Made by a program: the position numbers and the translations under genes. Of a stretch of DNA of 52,600 nt, positions 1-9,141 are shown one piece after another. The notes beneath the pieces were generated by a model. That model was not told the origin of the DNA. It was given only the letters and a program-made list of their open reading frames with translations, and ran no database searches. Origin of the DNA: a virus (taxonomy: Duplodnaviria; Caudoviricetes). The stretch covers positions 1-52,600 of the IMG/VR virus record IMGVR_UViG_3300026279_000223. The stretch is one strand, 5' to 3'. Positions within the stretch are counted from its first letter, which is position 1; each line of letters starts with the position of its first letter.

Positions 1-37
1 GTATGAAAGATATATCTAATGTTTTTAACATAATCAT
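1..37 (-). CDS. Probable 5' end of a gene running off the window (MIMLKTLDISFI...)
   Basis: ATG at 37 overlaps the upstream stop (ATGA); only 12 codons visible. Confidence 0.35.
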   Translation of the reverse strand, partial: MIMLKTLDISFI

Positions 38-519
38 TTTAACTTGTATTCAAAATTTTGAGTTTCTTCGTTTATATGTATTTGTTTGGCACCATTTCTA
101 ATATGAAAGTGTGTTGCCATTGGTGTTAATGGAGATAAAGTTATCAATCTTTCTACTTTATTTTTCTTTGCCCACTCACCTAATTTATTAATAATTTCTT
201 TACCTGCACCTCTTTTACGAGACCATACCGTATATGCAATGGCAATCTTACCATCATTCCAAGGAGTTGGTACTCTGGACATATAATCCATTTCTCTAAC
301 AGTATAAGGTACTTCAGGACAAAATGCAACGCAAACTATTGATTCAATCTCATCATTATATTTTAATCCAAATATTTTTCTGCCGTGGGATATTCTAAAA
401 CCTAAAGTTAATTCAGGTCTTACAGGATCCTCCGATACATCTATGTCGTCTAGTTCAACTAACTCTGTACCTTTAACCCATTTAAAAAAGTCGTTTAAGT
501 TGTCTTTAAATTTTTTCAT
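34..519 (-). CDS. Hypothetical phage protein, possible GNAT-like fold
   Basis: 161 aa, ATGA-coupled to gp43; YTVWSRKRGAGKEII resembles the acyl-CoA-binding motif and FHIRNGA resembles the GNAT C-terminal motif. Confidence 0.6.
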   Translation of the reverse strand: MKKFKDNLNDFFKWVKGTELVELDDIDVSEDPVRPELTLGFRISHGRKIFGLKYNDEIESIVCVAFCPEVPYTVREMDYMSRVPTPWNDGKIAIAYTVWSRKRGAGKEIINKLGEWAKKNKVERLITLSPLTPMATHFHIRNGAKQIHINEETQNFEYKLK

Positions 520-3002
520 CCAAAAAATGCCTCCAAACTTGCTTTCTTCTCTTGTGACCAGCCTATAGATTGTAATATAAATCTCATAGGATCAAGGAAT
601 GTTTTTTCAAATTGTGTTTCACGGTCTATATATTTTAATAAATCAAACTCTTGTGGAAGAGTTGTAATATAACTAATGACATCAAATCTAAATGGATTTG
701 CCTCAATTAGTTTTATAAATTTAATCTTATCACCCTCTTGTATGTAAGGATATTTGTTTTGTAATTTCATTTCTCTTAACTTATGATTATATATTAGAGA
801 ACCTTTTACATGTATTGGTGTTCCTTTACTGAATATTGTCGCTGGGTTTCTATACTTGTGAATATTATTACATGATCTAGGAAAAGCAATTGCCTCTGGT
901 GGTAGTTCTTCAAACTCTGTTTTAAAATCAGCAATAAATTTCTGTAAAGTTTCTTCATCTTTATTCATAATAATTTTAATTGCCTCTTTAATTTTACCTC
1001 TACAAACTTGTGGTGTTGAAGACTTAACTGCCTCAATACCCATAATTTTTAATTTAGGTTCCGATAATCTAACTCCTTCATCATCTAATACGTTTAACAT
1101 ATATCTTTTCTTTGCAACCCATATACCTTTGTTGGCGATTACTTCTCGTTTCATTACCATACAATTTTTAAATGCATTTGAATATTCAGATAGTTCATCA
1201 AAACATTTTTCAATATATGGTTCTATTCTACTACCAACAACCTTATCAATAAAATTACATATTTGTTCATTGTTTTTATCCTTACAAGTTTTTTCTACAA
1301 GTTTATCCAATGTCACATAGATACTATCTGTATCAGAGGCCACAATATAATCTTGGTCTGTTTCTAAAATCTTATTCATATAACTATTAACTTTTTCTTC
1401 AATAAATCTAATAATAAATTGACCTGCTGTTGTAATACCACTTGCTTGTCTTACATCATAAAATCTAAAGTATTGGTTACCAACTGCACCATAAGCTGAG
1501 TTCAAGGCAATCTTTCTTGCCCACTGAATATTATGACATCTTGCAATTTCTTTTTGTAATTCTGGTGTTGGTGTTAATTCATTTTGTTTCTTTGCCTTTA
1601 ACATACGTTTCTTATAAACAACACGTTCATTGTACATTGTTTCCATCATTTCAGGTAAGAAACCTTGACTATCGTTTTTAAATTTTGCACCGTTAGGTGT
1701 TATACATGCGTTCTCATTTTTTAAATGAGATAAATCCACTTTACCTTTTAACATTTTGTTTACAGATATACCTGATCCGTCATGGCCTATTATTTTCTCT
1801 GGCGAAATATTGTATTGTATAATGATATGTGGATATAGTGAGTTAATATCAAAAGAACATACCCACTTATGCTGACCTACTTTAGGGTCTTTTACATAAG
1901 CGCCTTCGTATTTTGTATCTTTATCATGTTCTTCTCTTGGTGGTATACATATATTTTTTGACAATAAATGATTAGCAATCAAAGTATCCCACACTCTTAC
2001 TTGTGAAAATATATCATCATAGTTTACTTTAGATTCATATGCAACAGTTAATGCCAATTCAATTAGACCAAGTTTATCTTCCAATGCGTCAACAATTTCA
2101 ACGTCTTGTATGTTATAATCAATAAATTTTTGAAAGTCTTTTGTATAGAAATCTTTAAATGTTTCAAATGGATTTTCAAATTTCGTTTGACCAAGTTCTA
2201 TCTCACCAATATAATTTAGTTTATAACTTTCTTGTCTTGTTGGTATAAACCATCTATAACAATCAAGATAATCTAACATCACAATACCTTTTAAAGTATA
2301 TGTTATTTGTGGTCTACCTCTTACCATAATTTCATTTTTTTCAACCATGTTCCAAGGCGACATCTTGCTTGCAGCTTTTTCATTTGCAACCAATTTAATT
2401 CTATTCATCAAATAAGGCAAGTCAAAGAATTTAGTATTCCAACCTGTGATAACATCTGGATAATTCTTTAACCAGAATTTCATAAACTCCATTATTAAAT
2501 GTTGTTCAGTTTTACATTTTACATAAGTCACATCTGTCCTATCTGTATGATAGTCACCAGTTCCCCATGTTAATATTTGTTTGTTAGTTTGATTTTTAAC
2601 TGTAATACAAAGTAATTCTTCTATAGGATTTTCTACATCTGGAAAGCCTTCTTCACAAGTAGTTTCTATATCTATTGTAAATATTTTAATATACTTTTTA
2701 TCCCAATTAATCTTATCAGGAAATTGATCGTTTATATATTGATAATGAAATCTCTCTAGACCATAGATAGGAGAGTTTTGAGTTGCTACATCACGTCTAA
2801 ATCTTCTAGCGTCATTGATGTTTTTAAATTTTATAGGGTTTAGATTTCTACCATCTAAAGTTTTAAATTTTGTTGGAGATTTTGTTAATGAATATAGAGT
2901 AGGAGTAAAGTCTATCTTTTCTTTATAGTCTTTGCCATCATGTATACCTCTAACTAGAAGTTTACCTTTGTGTTCAATTACTGATTTATAAAAGTTCATC
3001 AT
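516..3002 (-). CDS. gp43: T4-like family B DNA polymerase
   Basis: DIET and GWNTKFFDLPY exonuclease motifs; SFDINSLYPHII, KIALNSAYG, ASDTDSIY polymerase motifs; C-terminal clamp-binding SLEAFF. Confidence 0.98.
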   Translation of the reverse strand: MMNFYKSVIEHKGKLLVRGIHDGKDYKEKIDFTPTLYSLTKSPTKFKTLDGRNLNPIKFKNINDARRFRRDVATQNSPIYGLERFHYQYINDQFPDKINWDKKYIKIFTIDIETTCEEGFPDVENPIEELLCITVKNQTNKQILTWGTGDYHTDRTDVTYVKCKTEQHLIMEFMKFWLKNYPDVITGWNTKFFDLPYLMNRIKLVANEKAASKMSPWNMVEKNEIMVRGRPQITYTLKGIVMLDYLDCYRWFIPTRQESYKLNYIGEIELGQTKFENPFETFKDFYTKDFQKFIDYNIQDVEIVDALEDKLGLIELALTVAYESKVNYDDIFSQVRVWDTLIANHLLSKNICIPPREEHDKDTKYEGAYVKDPKVGQHKWVCSFDINSLYPHIIIQYNISPEKIIGHDGSGISVNKMLKGKVDLSHLKNENACITPNGAKFKNDSQGFLPEMMETMYNERVVYKKRMLKAKKQNELTPTPELQKEIARCHNIQWARKIALNSAYGAVGNQYFRFYDVRQASGITTAGQFIIRFIEEKVNSYMNKILETDQDYIVASDTDSIYVTLDKLVEKTCKDKNNEQICNFIDKVVGSRIEPYIEKCFDELSEYSNAFKNCMVMKREVIANKGIWVAKKRYMLNVLDDEGVRLSEPKLKIMGIEAVKSSTPQVCRGKIKEAIKIIMNKDEETLQKFIADFKTEFEELPPEAIAFPRSCNNIHKYRNPATIFSKGTPIHVKGSLIYNHKLREMKLQNKYPYIQEGDKIKFIKLIEANPFRFDVISYITTLPQEFDLLKYIDRETQFEKTFLDPMRFILQSIGWSQEKKASLEAFFG

Positions 3003-3318
3003 CTAATAAATGTAAAGTTATTCCATCAAGTTCTTTTGTTAAAGAAATCTGGCAACTCAATCTACTAATACCTTTCTTATAACTCTTTTCATATTCTAAT
3101 ATTGATTGCTCTGTACTATTATAATCTATTTCACCTAGTTTGTCAATCCAGGCATTGCCTACGTATAAGTGACATGTACCACAAGCACAACACCCACCAC
3201 AACTAGCAGGAATTTCCTCCAAGCATGCCTCTTTAGCGGCCTCCATTATAGTGAAACCAACAGGCACCTTTACTTGGACTTTTTCATTATTTGTCCTAAT
3301 AAAGTTTACTGTTATCAC
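2986..3318 (-). CDS. fdx: 2Fe-2S ferredoxin, adrenodoxin/ISC type
   Basis: CGGCCACGTCH ... SRLSCQ. Confidence 0.93.
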   Translation of the reverse strand: MITVNFIRTNNEKVQVKVPVGFTIMEAAKEACLEEIPASCGGCCACGTCHLYVGNAWIDKLGEIDYNSTEQSILEYEKSYKKGISRLSCQISLTKELDGITLHLLDDELL

Positions 3319-3620
3319 GTTGCTTCAGTTATTAATTTCTGGTTCTTTGTTATAATTGAGCTTGTGTTTTGTTCGTAAGATGTTCTTATTTCGTCTTTAG
3401 GTTCTGTCATAAAAACTATTTTCTCTTTAGATATAGTGACAGTATCCTTTTTACCAAAGGCATTGTACAGCGACATCATTAATTGTATTGGTTGTCCTGG
3501 ACCTCTTTGTTGAGGTATAATCACGAATGGATTTTTTAAACTTACCCCTTGGTCGTTTTCTCCTACCTTGGCAATTACATCTTCGCCTGTAGATAGTCTT
3601 AATATTTTCACTTCTTGCAT
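3315..3620 (-). CDS. Conserved T4-like small protein, possible Sm-like fold
   Basis: VKILRLSTGEDVIA N-terminus; AGGAG Shine-Dalgarno; resembles ORF 20595..21026. Confidence 0.7.
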   Translation of the reverse strand: MQEVKILRLSTGEDVIAKVGENDQGVSLKNPFVIIPQQRGPGQPIQLMMSLYNAFGKKDTVTISKEKIVFMTEPKDEIRTSYEQNTSSIITKNQKLITEAT

Positions 3621-3642
3621 AATATCTCCTATTGTATTATTT

Positions 3643-3671
3643 AATATAACACATTACCATCAAAATGGCAA
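3643..3671 (-). promoter_or_regulatory. Sigma70-type promoter
   Basis: TTGCCA-N17-TATATT with extended TG. Confidence 0.7.
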
Positions 3672-3675
3672 TGCT

Positions 3676-5142
3676 TTAGTCTTGTTCTTTGTCAACCGGT
3701 TTTAGTCTTTTACTTAATACAAACGTTCTATTAGGGTTGACACTAACATTCATTTGTCTCATTAAATCTCTATTGATTAATAAATCTGATCCTGATCTTG
3801 GTCTATTATCTAATCCTACTTCTACATCTTTATAGGTAAAACCATTAAAGGTTAAATCTAATAAAATTGTAGGTCTAATTTCTGAAGGCTCATCATCTGC
3901 ATTTGCTCTGAAGATTTTACTTTCACCAAATTTAGGTTTCTCATAAGTTTTATTATTATATTTCCATTTAACAATTTTCTTATCTGATAAAATTTCATCG
4001 GCATGTAAAGCACATGCTTTTGATCCGTTACCACTATCAAACTTAGCTCTAACTTTATCTACATCTGAAACATCAACAGTTTCTAACCAACCACATTCTA
4101 TAAGTGATTGTCTATCCCAATGACTTCTATCTTGAATATAATCAACAAGATACTCCATCATTTTTTCTCCATCTATTCTACCAGATGGTTCTGGATCAGA
4201 ATAATAATCTTTGTATTGGTAACCTTGATAGTCAGCACCTGATCCTGGACTACCATTGATTTCTAAAATGTATGGTTTTTTATTGTTTACTATGTGATCA
4301 ACTCCTACCATATATGCTTTTGAAGCTCTTGAAGCTTTTAAAACTAATTCGTGTTCTTCGTCACTTAAAATATAAGGCATTGCCTCAGCGCCTCTATGTG
4401 TATTTGATCTAAAGTCATATGAGCTGTGTATTCTTTTTGTACTTGCAATAATTTTGTTATCTAATACAAAAGTTCTTACATCAAACTTAACGTCCATAAA
4501 TTCTTGTATTAATAGTTCAGCATTTAATTTCCACATAGCCTGTACAGTTGCAACAAGACCCTCATAACTTTCAATTTTAATTACTCCGATACCTTGTGTA
4601 CCTGTTAATGTCTTTAAGATAAGTGGAAACTTACCACCAATTTGATCTAAACCTGTTCTTATATTATTCTCGTTAGATATAAAAGCAGTTCTAGGTGTAG
4701 GTATACCATTCTTTTCAAATAGTAAAGCTGATGTTAATTTATTGTCACAAGTCAGCATAGCTGCTCTTGTGTTTAACATAAATGATTGTGAATTTTGAAA
4801 GGCAGATATTAAAGAAAGGCCAGCTTCATCTTGACAAGCACCACCTCTTGTTATAACAACAGTATCTTTACCAACAAACTCATGCTCACCATTTTTACCG
4901 TCATAATTATAGACAGTTAATGTATTTTTTTCTTCGTCTTTACCTGTGATGATTGTACTATTGGTGTTTACTATAACACATTTAGTCTTTTGTTTTTTAC
5001 ACGCCTTTTCTATAAGTTCAACAGTTGAATCCTTGTTAGGTTTATCTGAATCATTTATAGTAAGTATCGCAACCGTAATAGGTTTATCTTTACGGCCTGG
5101 ATTCTGTTCGGTTATGTAATCTCTAAACTTTGGTATCTGCAT
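3676..5142 (-). CDS. rimK: RimK-family ATP-grasp ligase fused to a C-terminal RimB/retropepsin-like protease domain
   Basis: GTQGIGV, IQEF, FRSNTHRG, GVD, LEINGSPG ATP-grasp motifs; C-terminal CGWLE...AKFDSG...LLINRD. Confidence 0.88.
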   Translation of the reverse strand: MQIPKFRDYITEQNPGRKDKPITVAILTINDSDKPNKDSTVELIEKACKKQKTKCVIVNTNSTIITGKDEEKNTLTVYNYDGKNGEHEFVGKDTVVITRGGACQDEAGLSLISAFQNSQSFMLNTRAAMLTCDNKLTSALLFEKNGIPTPRTAFISNENNIRTGLDQIGGKFPLILKTLTGTQGIGVIKIESYEGLVATVQAMWKLNAELLIQEFMDVKFDVRTFVLDNKIIASTKRIHSSYDFRSNTHRGAEAMPYILSDEEHELVLKASRASKAYMVGVDHIVNNKKPYILEINGSPGSGADYQGYQYKDYYSDPEPSGRIDGEKMMEYLVDYIQDRSHWDRQSLIECGWLETVDVSDVDKVRAKFDSGNGSKACALHADEILSDKKIVKWKYNNKTYEKPKFGESKIFRANADDEPSEIRPTILLDLTFNGFTYKDVEVGLDNRPRSGSDLLINRDLMRQMNVSVNPNRTFVLSKRLKPVDKEQD

Positions 5143-5572
5143 TATCAGGTTTCTCTTCCTTAACTATTTTCTTACCTATGTTATATTTAGCGGATAATAT
5201 CCACTCTTTTTTCTCTTTAAATGGTAATACTTTAATCTGTGATAATGGTGCTTTGTTTGATGTTGCTGTCTCTTTATCAACAATATCTATTAAATTCCAG
5301 TCTTGTAATAATACTGCAATCGTATTTCTACGTTGAATATCATTGTTAATTAGAGTTGCTTTCTTACCGTCTAAAGCAAATAACTCTTTAAAATGTACTA
5401 TGTAATATTTTCCTTGTTTGTGTAATATATGACACGATTGAAATAGAGTTTTATCTTTTCTACTTGCAACACCTATTCTTGTTAGTGTTTCTCTGACTTT
5501 TAGGAAATCGTCTGGTTGCGTTAGAGTGACCTCTAACATATTATCTTGCGACCACTTAACTTCATCATTCAT
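5123..5572 (-). CDS. regA: Translational repressor RegA
   Basis: DDFLKVRETLTRIG, LFQSCHILHKQGKYYIVHFKELFALDG. Confidence 0.97.
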   Translation of the reverse strand: MNDEVKWSQDNMLEVTLTQPDDFLKVRETLTRIGVASRKDKTLFQSCHILHKQGKYYIVHFKELFALDGKKATLINNDIQRRNTIAVLLQDWNLIDIVDKETATSNKAPLSQIKVLPFKEKKEWILSAKYNIGKKIVKEEKPDNADTKV

Positions 5573-5961
5573 TTGTTTCTCCCGCCTTTATATGTGGCTT
5601 CTTTAATTCTATTTATCTGTTCCTTTGAGAGTACTTGTAAAGCTTGTTTTGCCTTTTCATTACTATAACCATAATACTCTTTAACATATTCCAAATCATA
5701 CAGCTTTTGTTGTTTGATCCACTTGCCTCCAAACCGTTTCTTTGGTCTGATACTATTTAGTAAAAATGTAAATTGTATATCTTTGTCCAAGAAGTGATAA
5801 CCATTCATTTCATTGGCATGTGGAAGTGTATCCCAAAACATGGATAAACACTTATTAATGATGTATGGTGGGTACTTTTTACGCCAAGCCGTATCGGTGG
5901 TGTCCAAAAGGTTGACTTTTGTTTCGTTTATAGCTTTTAAATAATCTTTCAATTCGTACAT
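5569..5961 (-). CDS. gp62: Clamp loader small subunit
   Basis: YPPYIINKCLS, ANEMN, VKEYYGYSNEKA; position between gp44 and regA. Confidence 0.93.
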   Translation of the reverse strand: MYELKDYLKAINETKVNLLDTTDTAWRKKYPPYIINKCLSMFWDTLPHANEMNGYHFLDKDIQFTFLLNSIRPKKRFGGKWIKQQKLYDLEYVKEYYGYSNEKAKQALQVLSKEQINRIKEATYKGGRNK

Positions 5962-5970
5962 AATAAATTC

Positions 5971-6046
5971 TGGTGCCCTTTGTCCGAGTCGAACAGACGA
6001 CCTACTGATTACAAATCAGTTGCTCTACCAGCTGAGCTAAAAGGGC
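5971..6046 (-). tRNA. tRNA-Thr(UGU), canonical
   Basis: 76-nt cloverleaf: AGCTCAGCTGGTAGAGC D-arm, CTGAT-TTGTAA anticodon arm, GTTCGA T-loop, encoded CCA. Confidence 0.96.
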
Positions 6047-6054
6047 TAATTCTC

Positions 6055-6192
6055 TCACTTTCTATATTTGTGTCTGCCCATATAGTGGTCACCTGGTTCA
6101 TAGTTCCATCTTTTACCATGATGTCCTCTAATATCTGCCCAAAACATTCTTAATTTCACAACACATACTCTAAATAATGTCCGTTTCGCCAT
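6055..6192 (-). CDS. Small basic protein, 45 aa (MAKRTLFRVCVVKLRMFWADIRGHHGKRWNYEPGDHYMGRHKYRK); not in ORF track
   Basis: Open frame that fills the gap between ORF 6170..6787 and tRNA-Thr. Confidence 0.6.
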   Translation of the reverse strand: MAKRTLFRVCVVKLRMFWADIRGHHGKRWNYEPGDHYMGRHKYRK

Positions 6193-6787
6193 CGTTCTCT
6201 TTATCTCTTTCGTTTGCTTGAACCACTTGTATTATGTCCCAAGCTTCATTGCTGATATTGAGTCTTTTCGGTGTATTCAGTTTAATAAGGCGTCTGCCTT
6301 TTTTCTCATATTTAGTAAAATACTTCCTTTGACGCTCTTTAACACCGGCTTTCGTGACGATCATAGAAACTTTACCAGGGATCATGTCACAAGGTAATCT
6401 TAAATCTCGGTAGTCTCGTACACCGAATAGAGTACCATACTGATAGTCTATCCCAGCCACGTCATTACCTTTGGTCTTAACCTTGTTCAAAACCTCTTGT
6501 AAAACCTTTTCTGCTTTAGCAACATCTAGTTCTCCGTCTCCTATTTCAAACTGTTCCTCACTGGTTTTCCATATTGGATAGTGTTCTTTTAGATATTTTT
6601 TAAGGTCTGATTCTGCTTCTGTTAAATAGTTGTGCTTAACCTCTTTCAAATAATCAAAAGAGATATTGGCATTGGTTGTTTTATATTGACTTTCTCTACT
6701 TTTCCAATCACCAGTCTTACCGATGGTTAGAAAAAACTTACCAGATTTAAAATCTCTCTGGAAGAATCCGTATAGATGGCCTATCAT
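6170..6787 (-). CDS. GIY-YIG superfamily (T5orf172/MUG113-like) protein, possible free-standing homing endonuclease
   Basis: GHLYGF...TIGKTGDWKSRESQYKTTN...EAE...EEQF follows the T5orf172 pattern. Confidence 0.65.
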   Translation of the reverse strand: MIGHLYGFFQRDFKSGKFFLTIGKTGDWKSRESQYKTTNANISFDYLKEVKHNYLTEAESDLKKYLKEHYPIWKTSEEQFEIGDGELDVAKAEKVLQEVLNKVKTKGNDVAGIDYQYGTLFGVRDYRDLRLPCDMIPGKVSMIVTKAGVKERQRKYFTKYEKKGRRLIKLNTPKRLNISNEAWDIIQVVQANERDKENDGETDII

Positions 6788-7728
6788 TTGAATTTACAGT
6801 TGGCCATGATTTCAGTTAAACATGCTATTGTATTGATCTCGTGGTCTGCCACGAAGGCAGCCTTGTATTGGTAACCAGCGATGATTAATATTGCTTGAGG
6901 TACGGATTTAGGTTCTAAATTCTGATATAAACTATCATATACACCTCTGAATAGGTCAGTAGAATCCATATCTAAATGGTTTACTACCCATTTTCTCATA
7001 CTATCAAACTCTTTTTTCTTTAAATGAGCCATAAGATTTTTATAGTCTGTTTCTTTTAAATTAAATAAGATACCACTATCAATCTTACCACGTACAGAAT
7101 ATCTTTGAAGTTCGTTGATCGTTCTTCTAAAATCTGGATAATGTTTTTCAATTAATTGAGCTAATGACTTCTTATCATACTCAATTTCTTGTTCTTTTAA
7201 GATACTTTCCATACGTTTCATAAAAGAAATAGCCGTTTTCTTTACTTGTCCGTTAGTGACTTTAAAGTCAATTACTGTACAACGACTATGTAAAGCTGGT
7301 ATAATTTTGTTTTTATAGTTGCAAGTAAATATAAATCTACAGTTATTATAAAAACTTTCTATGAAGTTTCTTAAAGCAGGTTGTACTGATTCGGCATTCA
7401 TATAATCTGCCTCGTCAATTATGACTACTTTATGTTTTGATTCTGTATTGAAAGATACAGTTGTTGCAAAGTTTTTAATCTTATGCCTCAAAGTATCTAT
7501 TTGACGACCCTCATCTGAACCATTGATTATAATATAATCAAGATTTAATTCTTCACACAAGGCTCGTGCTACAGTTGTTTTACCAGTACCAGCAGTACCA
7601 GTTAATAACATGTTTGGAAGTTCTTTTTTAGATAGAAATTCTAAAAAGGTATTTTTAGTTTCCTCTGGTAAGATACATTCATCTATGGTTTTGGGTCTGT
7701 ATTGTTCAACCCACAAAAAATCTGTCAT
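6784..7728 (-). CDS. gp44: Clamp loader large subunit (AAA+)
   Basis: LWVEQYRP, GTAGTGKTT, IIDEAD, LHSRC, PDFRR. Confidence 0.97.
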   Translation of the reverse strand: MTDFLWVEQYRPKTIDECILPEETKNTFLEFLSKKELPNMLLTGTAGTGKTTVARALCEELNLDYIIINGSDEGRQIDTLRHKIKNFATTVSFNTESKHKVVIIDEADYMNAESVQPALRNFIESFYNNCRFIFTCNYKNKIIPALHSRCTVIDFKVTNGQVKKTAISFMKRMESILKEQEIEYDKKSLAQLIEKHYPDFRRTINELQRYSVRGKIDSGILFNLKETDYKNLMAHLKKKEFDSMRKWVVNHLDMDSTDLFRGVYDSLYQNLEPKSVPQAILIIAGYQYKAAFVADHEINTIACLTEIMANCKFK

Positions 7729-7739
7729 TGACCTACTCC

Positions 7740-8405
7740 TTAAAATTCAGAGTCAGGTTCTAATGCGATCCAATATTGGACGTTCTTACTTCTAGATATG
7801 AAACTAGATATTTTTGCTTTTGATATAGCTACATCGTAATCATCTGGTATCATTTTAAAGTTTTCTGATTTAAAATAACCAGTAAACTTAACATCTGATT
7901 TTCCAATTACTGTAGATACTTCGTTTGAAGATTTGTTTTTCTTATCAGTAGCCACTAGTTTAATATTAGTACCGTCACCAATTACAGCAACATCTGGTAG
8001 ATTTAAAGTAGTCACACCTTTGTGTAATTCTGTCAGGTCATCATTCTTTAATTGAAATGTGACATGCTTATCTGGCATATTAATCTTATTAGGTGTAAAG
8101 ACAGTAGACTTATCAGAAAAGAAATACTTAACTGATTTATTACTGTTTTTAGATTCACTGATAGTCATTGAAGCACCACCATTAAATTTAAGTTCAGGAC
8201 TTTTAAACAAATCCAATGATCTTAAAAATTGTGGTAAATCATAGATAGCAAACTCACTATCAAATTTTTCTTTTATCTCAGCTTCTGCTAAGATATTTCT
8301 CATATTGGAAATAGTTTGTATTTTATTTCCAGGCTTAATTAAAATATTCTGATTAATATCAGAAAAGTTTTTTAACATAGCAATTGTGTCTGTGCTAAGG
8401 TTCAT
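7740..8405 (-). CDS. gp45: Sliding clamp (start corrected to 8405)
   Basis: MNLSTDTIAMLKNFSDINQ, FAIYDL, YWIALE; AGGAG SD precedes ATG 8405, while the ORF-track start lies inside a tRNA. Confidence 0.95.
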   Translation of the reverse strand: MNLSTDTIAMLKNFSDINQNILIKPGNKIQTISNMRNILAEAEIKEKFDSEFAIYDLPQFLRSLDLFKSPELKFNGGASMTISESKNSNKSVKYFFSDKSTVFTPNKINMPDKHVTFQLKNDDLTELHKGVTTLNLPDVAVIGDGTNIKLVATDKKNKSSNEVSTVIGKSDVKFTGYFKSENFKMIPDDYDVAISKAKISSFISRSKNVQYWIALEPDSEF

Positions 8406-8438
8406 TATATATTCACTCCTATTCATCATTATTATTTT

Positions 8439-8512
8439 TGGAGCGGATACTTGGTACTGCCCCAAGTTCTAAAGATTGGAAATCTCTCATAATACTTTTA
8501 TACGATATCCGC
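8439..8512 (-). tRNA. tRNA-Gly(UCC) with non-canonical D- and T-loops
   Basis: GCGGATA/TATCCGC acceptor stem, U73 + CCA, AGAGA-TTTCCAA-TCTTT anticodon arm, CTTGG-GGCAGTA-CCAAG T-arm; D-loop lacks GG. Confidence 0.88.
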
Positions 8513-8519
8513 ATTATTG

Positions 8520-8548
8520 ATCCTATACTAGATCAATTAAAATGTCAA
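8520..8548 (-). promoter_or_regulatory. Sigma70-type promoter directly ahead of tRNA-Gly(UCC) and gp45
   Basis: TTGACA-N17-TAGGAT, 7 nt before tRNA position 1. Confidence 0.8.
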
Positions 8549-8551
8549 GCC

Positions 8552-9100
8552 TCAAACTGACCTCTTAATTTCATCTACTTGTAAATAAGATAAAACGTTT
8601 TCTGGTGCAGATTCTCCATATGGATCAGATGGATCATTAATATCTCTTCCAGGTTCTACAAACATTTTTTCTACTTCACCGTCATTTATTACAGCTGCAT
8701 ATCTCCAAGATCGCCAACCGAAACCAATGGCCTCTTTGGAAACTAACATGCCTAATGCTTTTGTTAATTCGCCATTACCATCTGGTATCATCTTGACATT
8801 TTTAATATCTGAAGCATGAGCCCAAGCATTCATAACATACGAATCATTTACTGATACACAATAAACTTCTTCTATGCCTTGTAATTTAAATGCTTTGTAA
8901 TTATTTTCATAACCAGGTAGTTGTTGTGACGTACAAGTAGGTGTAAAAGCTCCTGGTAAACTGAATAAAACTACTTTCTTACTAGAAAAATAATCGTTTG
9001 TAGTCTTATCAACCCACTTACCGTTTTCAAAAGTACACTCGCCATTCTCTGCTAGGTCGCCTACTCTTGTCTTAAATGTTATATTTGGTATTCTTATCAT
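8552..9100 (-). CDS. Peroxiredoxin, Prx5-like
   Basis: LPGAFTPTCTSQQLPGY, SVNDSYVMNAW, RSWRY. Confidence 0.95.
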   Translation of the reverse strand: MIRIPNITFKTRVGDLAENGECTFENGKWVDKTTNDYFSSKKVVLFSLPGAFTPTCTSQQLPGYENNYKAFKLQGIEEVYCVSVNDSYVMNAWAHASDIKNVKMIPDGNGELTKALGMLVSKEAIGFGWRSWRYAAVINDGEVEKMFVEPGRDINDPSDPYGESAPENVLSYLQVDEIKRSV

Positions 9101-9112
9101 AATATAGTCCTT

Positions 9113-9141
9113 ACTTTAACATAAAATCGGGAGGAAGTCAA
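9113..9141 (-). promoter_or_regulatory. Sigma70-type promoter for peroxiredoxin, overlapping a terminator hairpin
   Basis: TTGACT-N17-TAAAGT with extended TG. Confidence 0.65.

Noticed and set aside
8406-8465. N-terminal extension of gp45 in the ORF track
   Set aside because: It overlaps tRNA-Gly(UCC); the SD and typical gp45 N-terminus point to ATG 8405
8439-8512. tmRNA acceptor piece, because of the GGCAGUA T-loop
   Set aside because: Full anticodon arm, Gly identity elements, no G3-U70 pair and no tag reading frame
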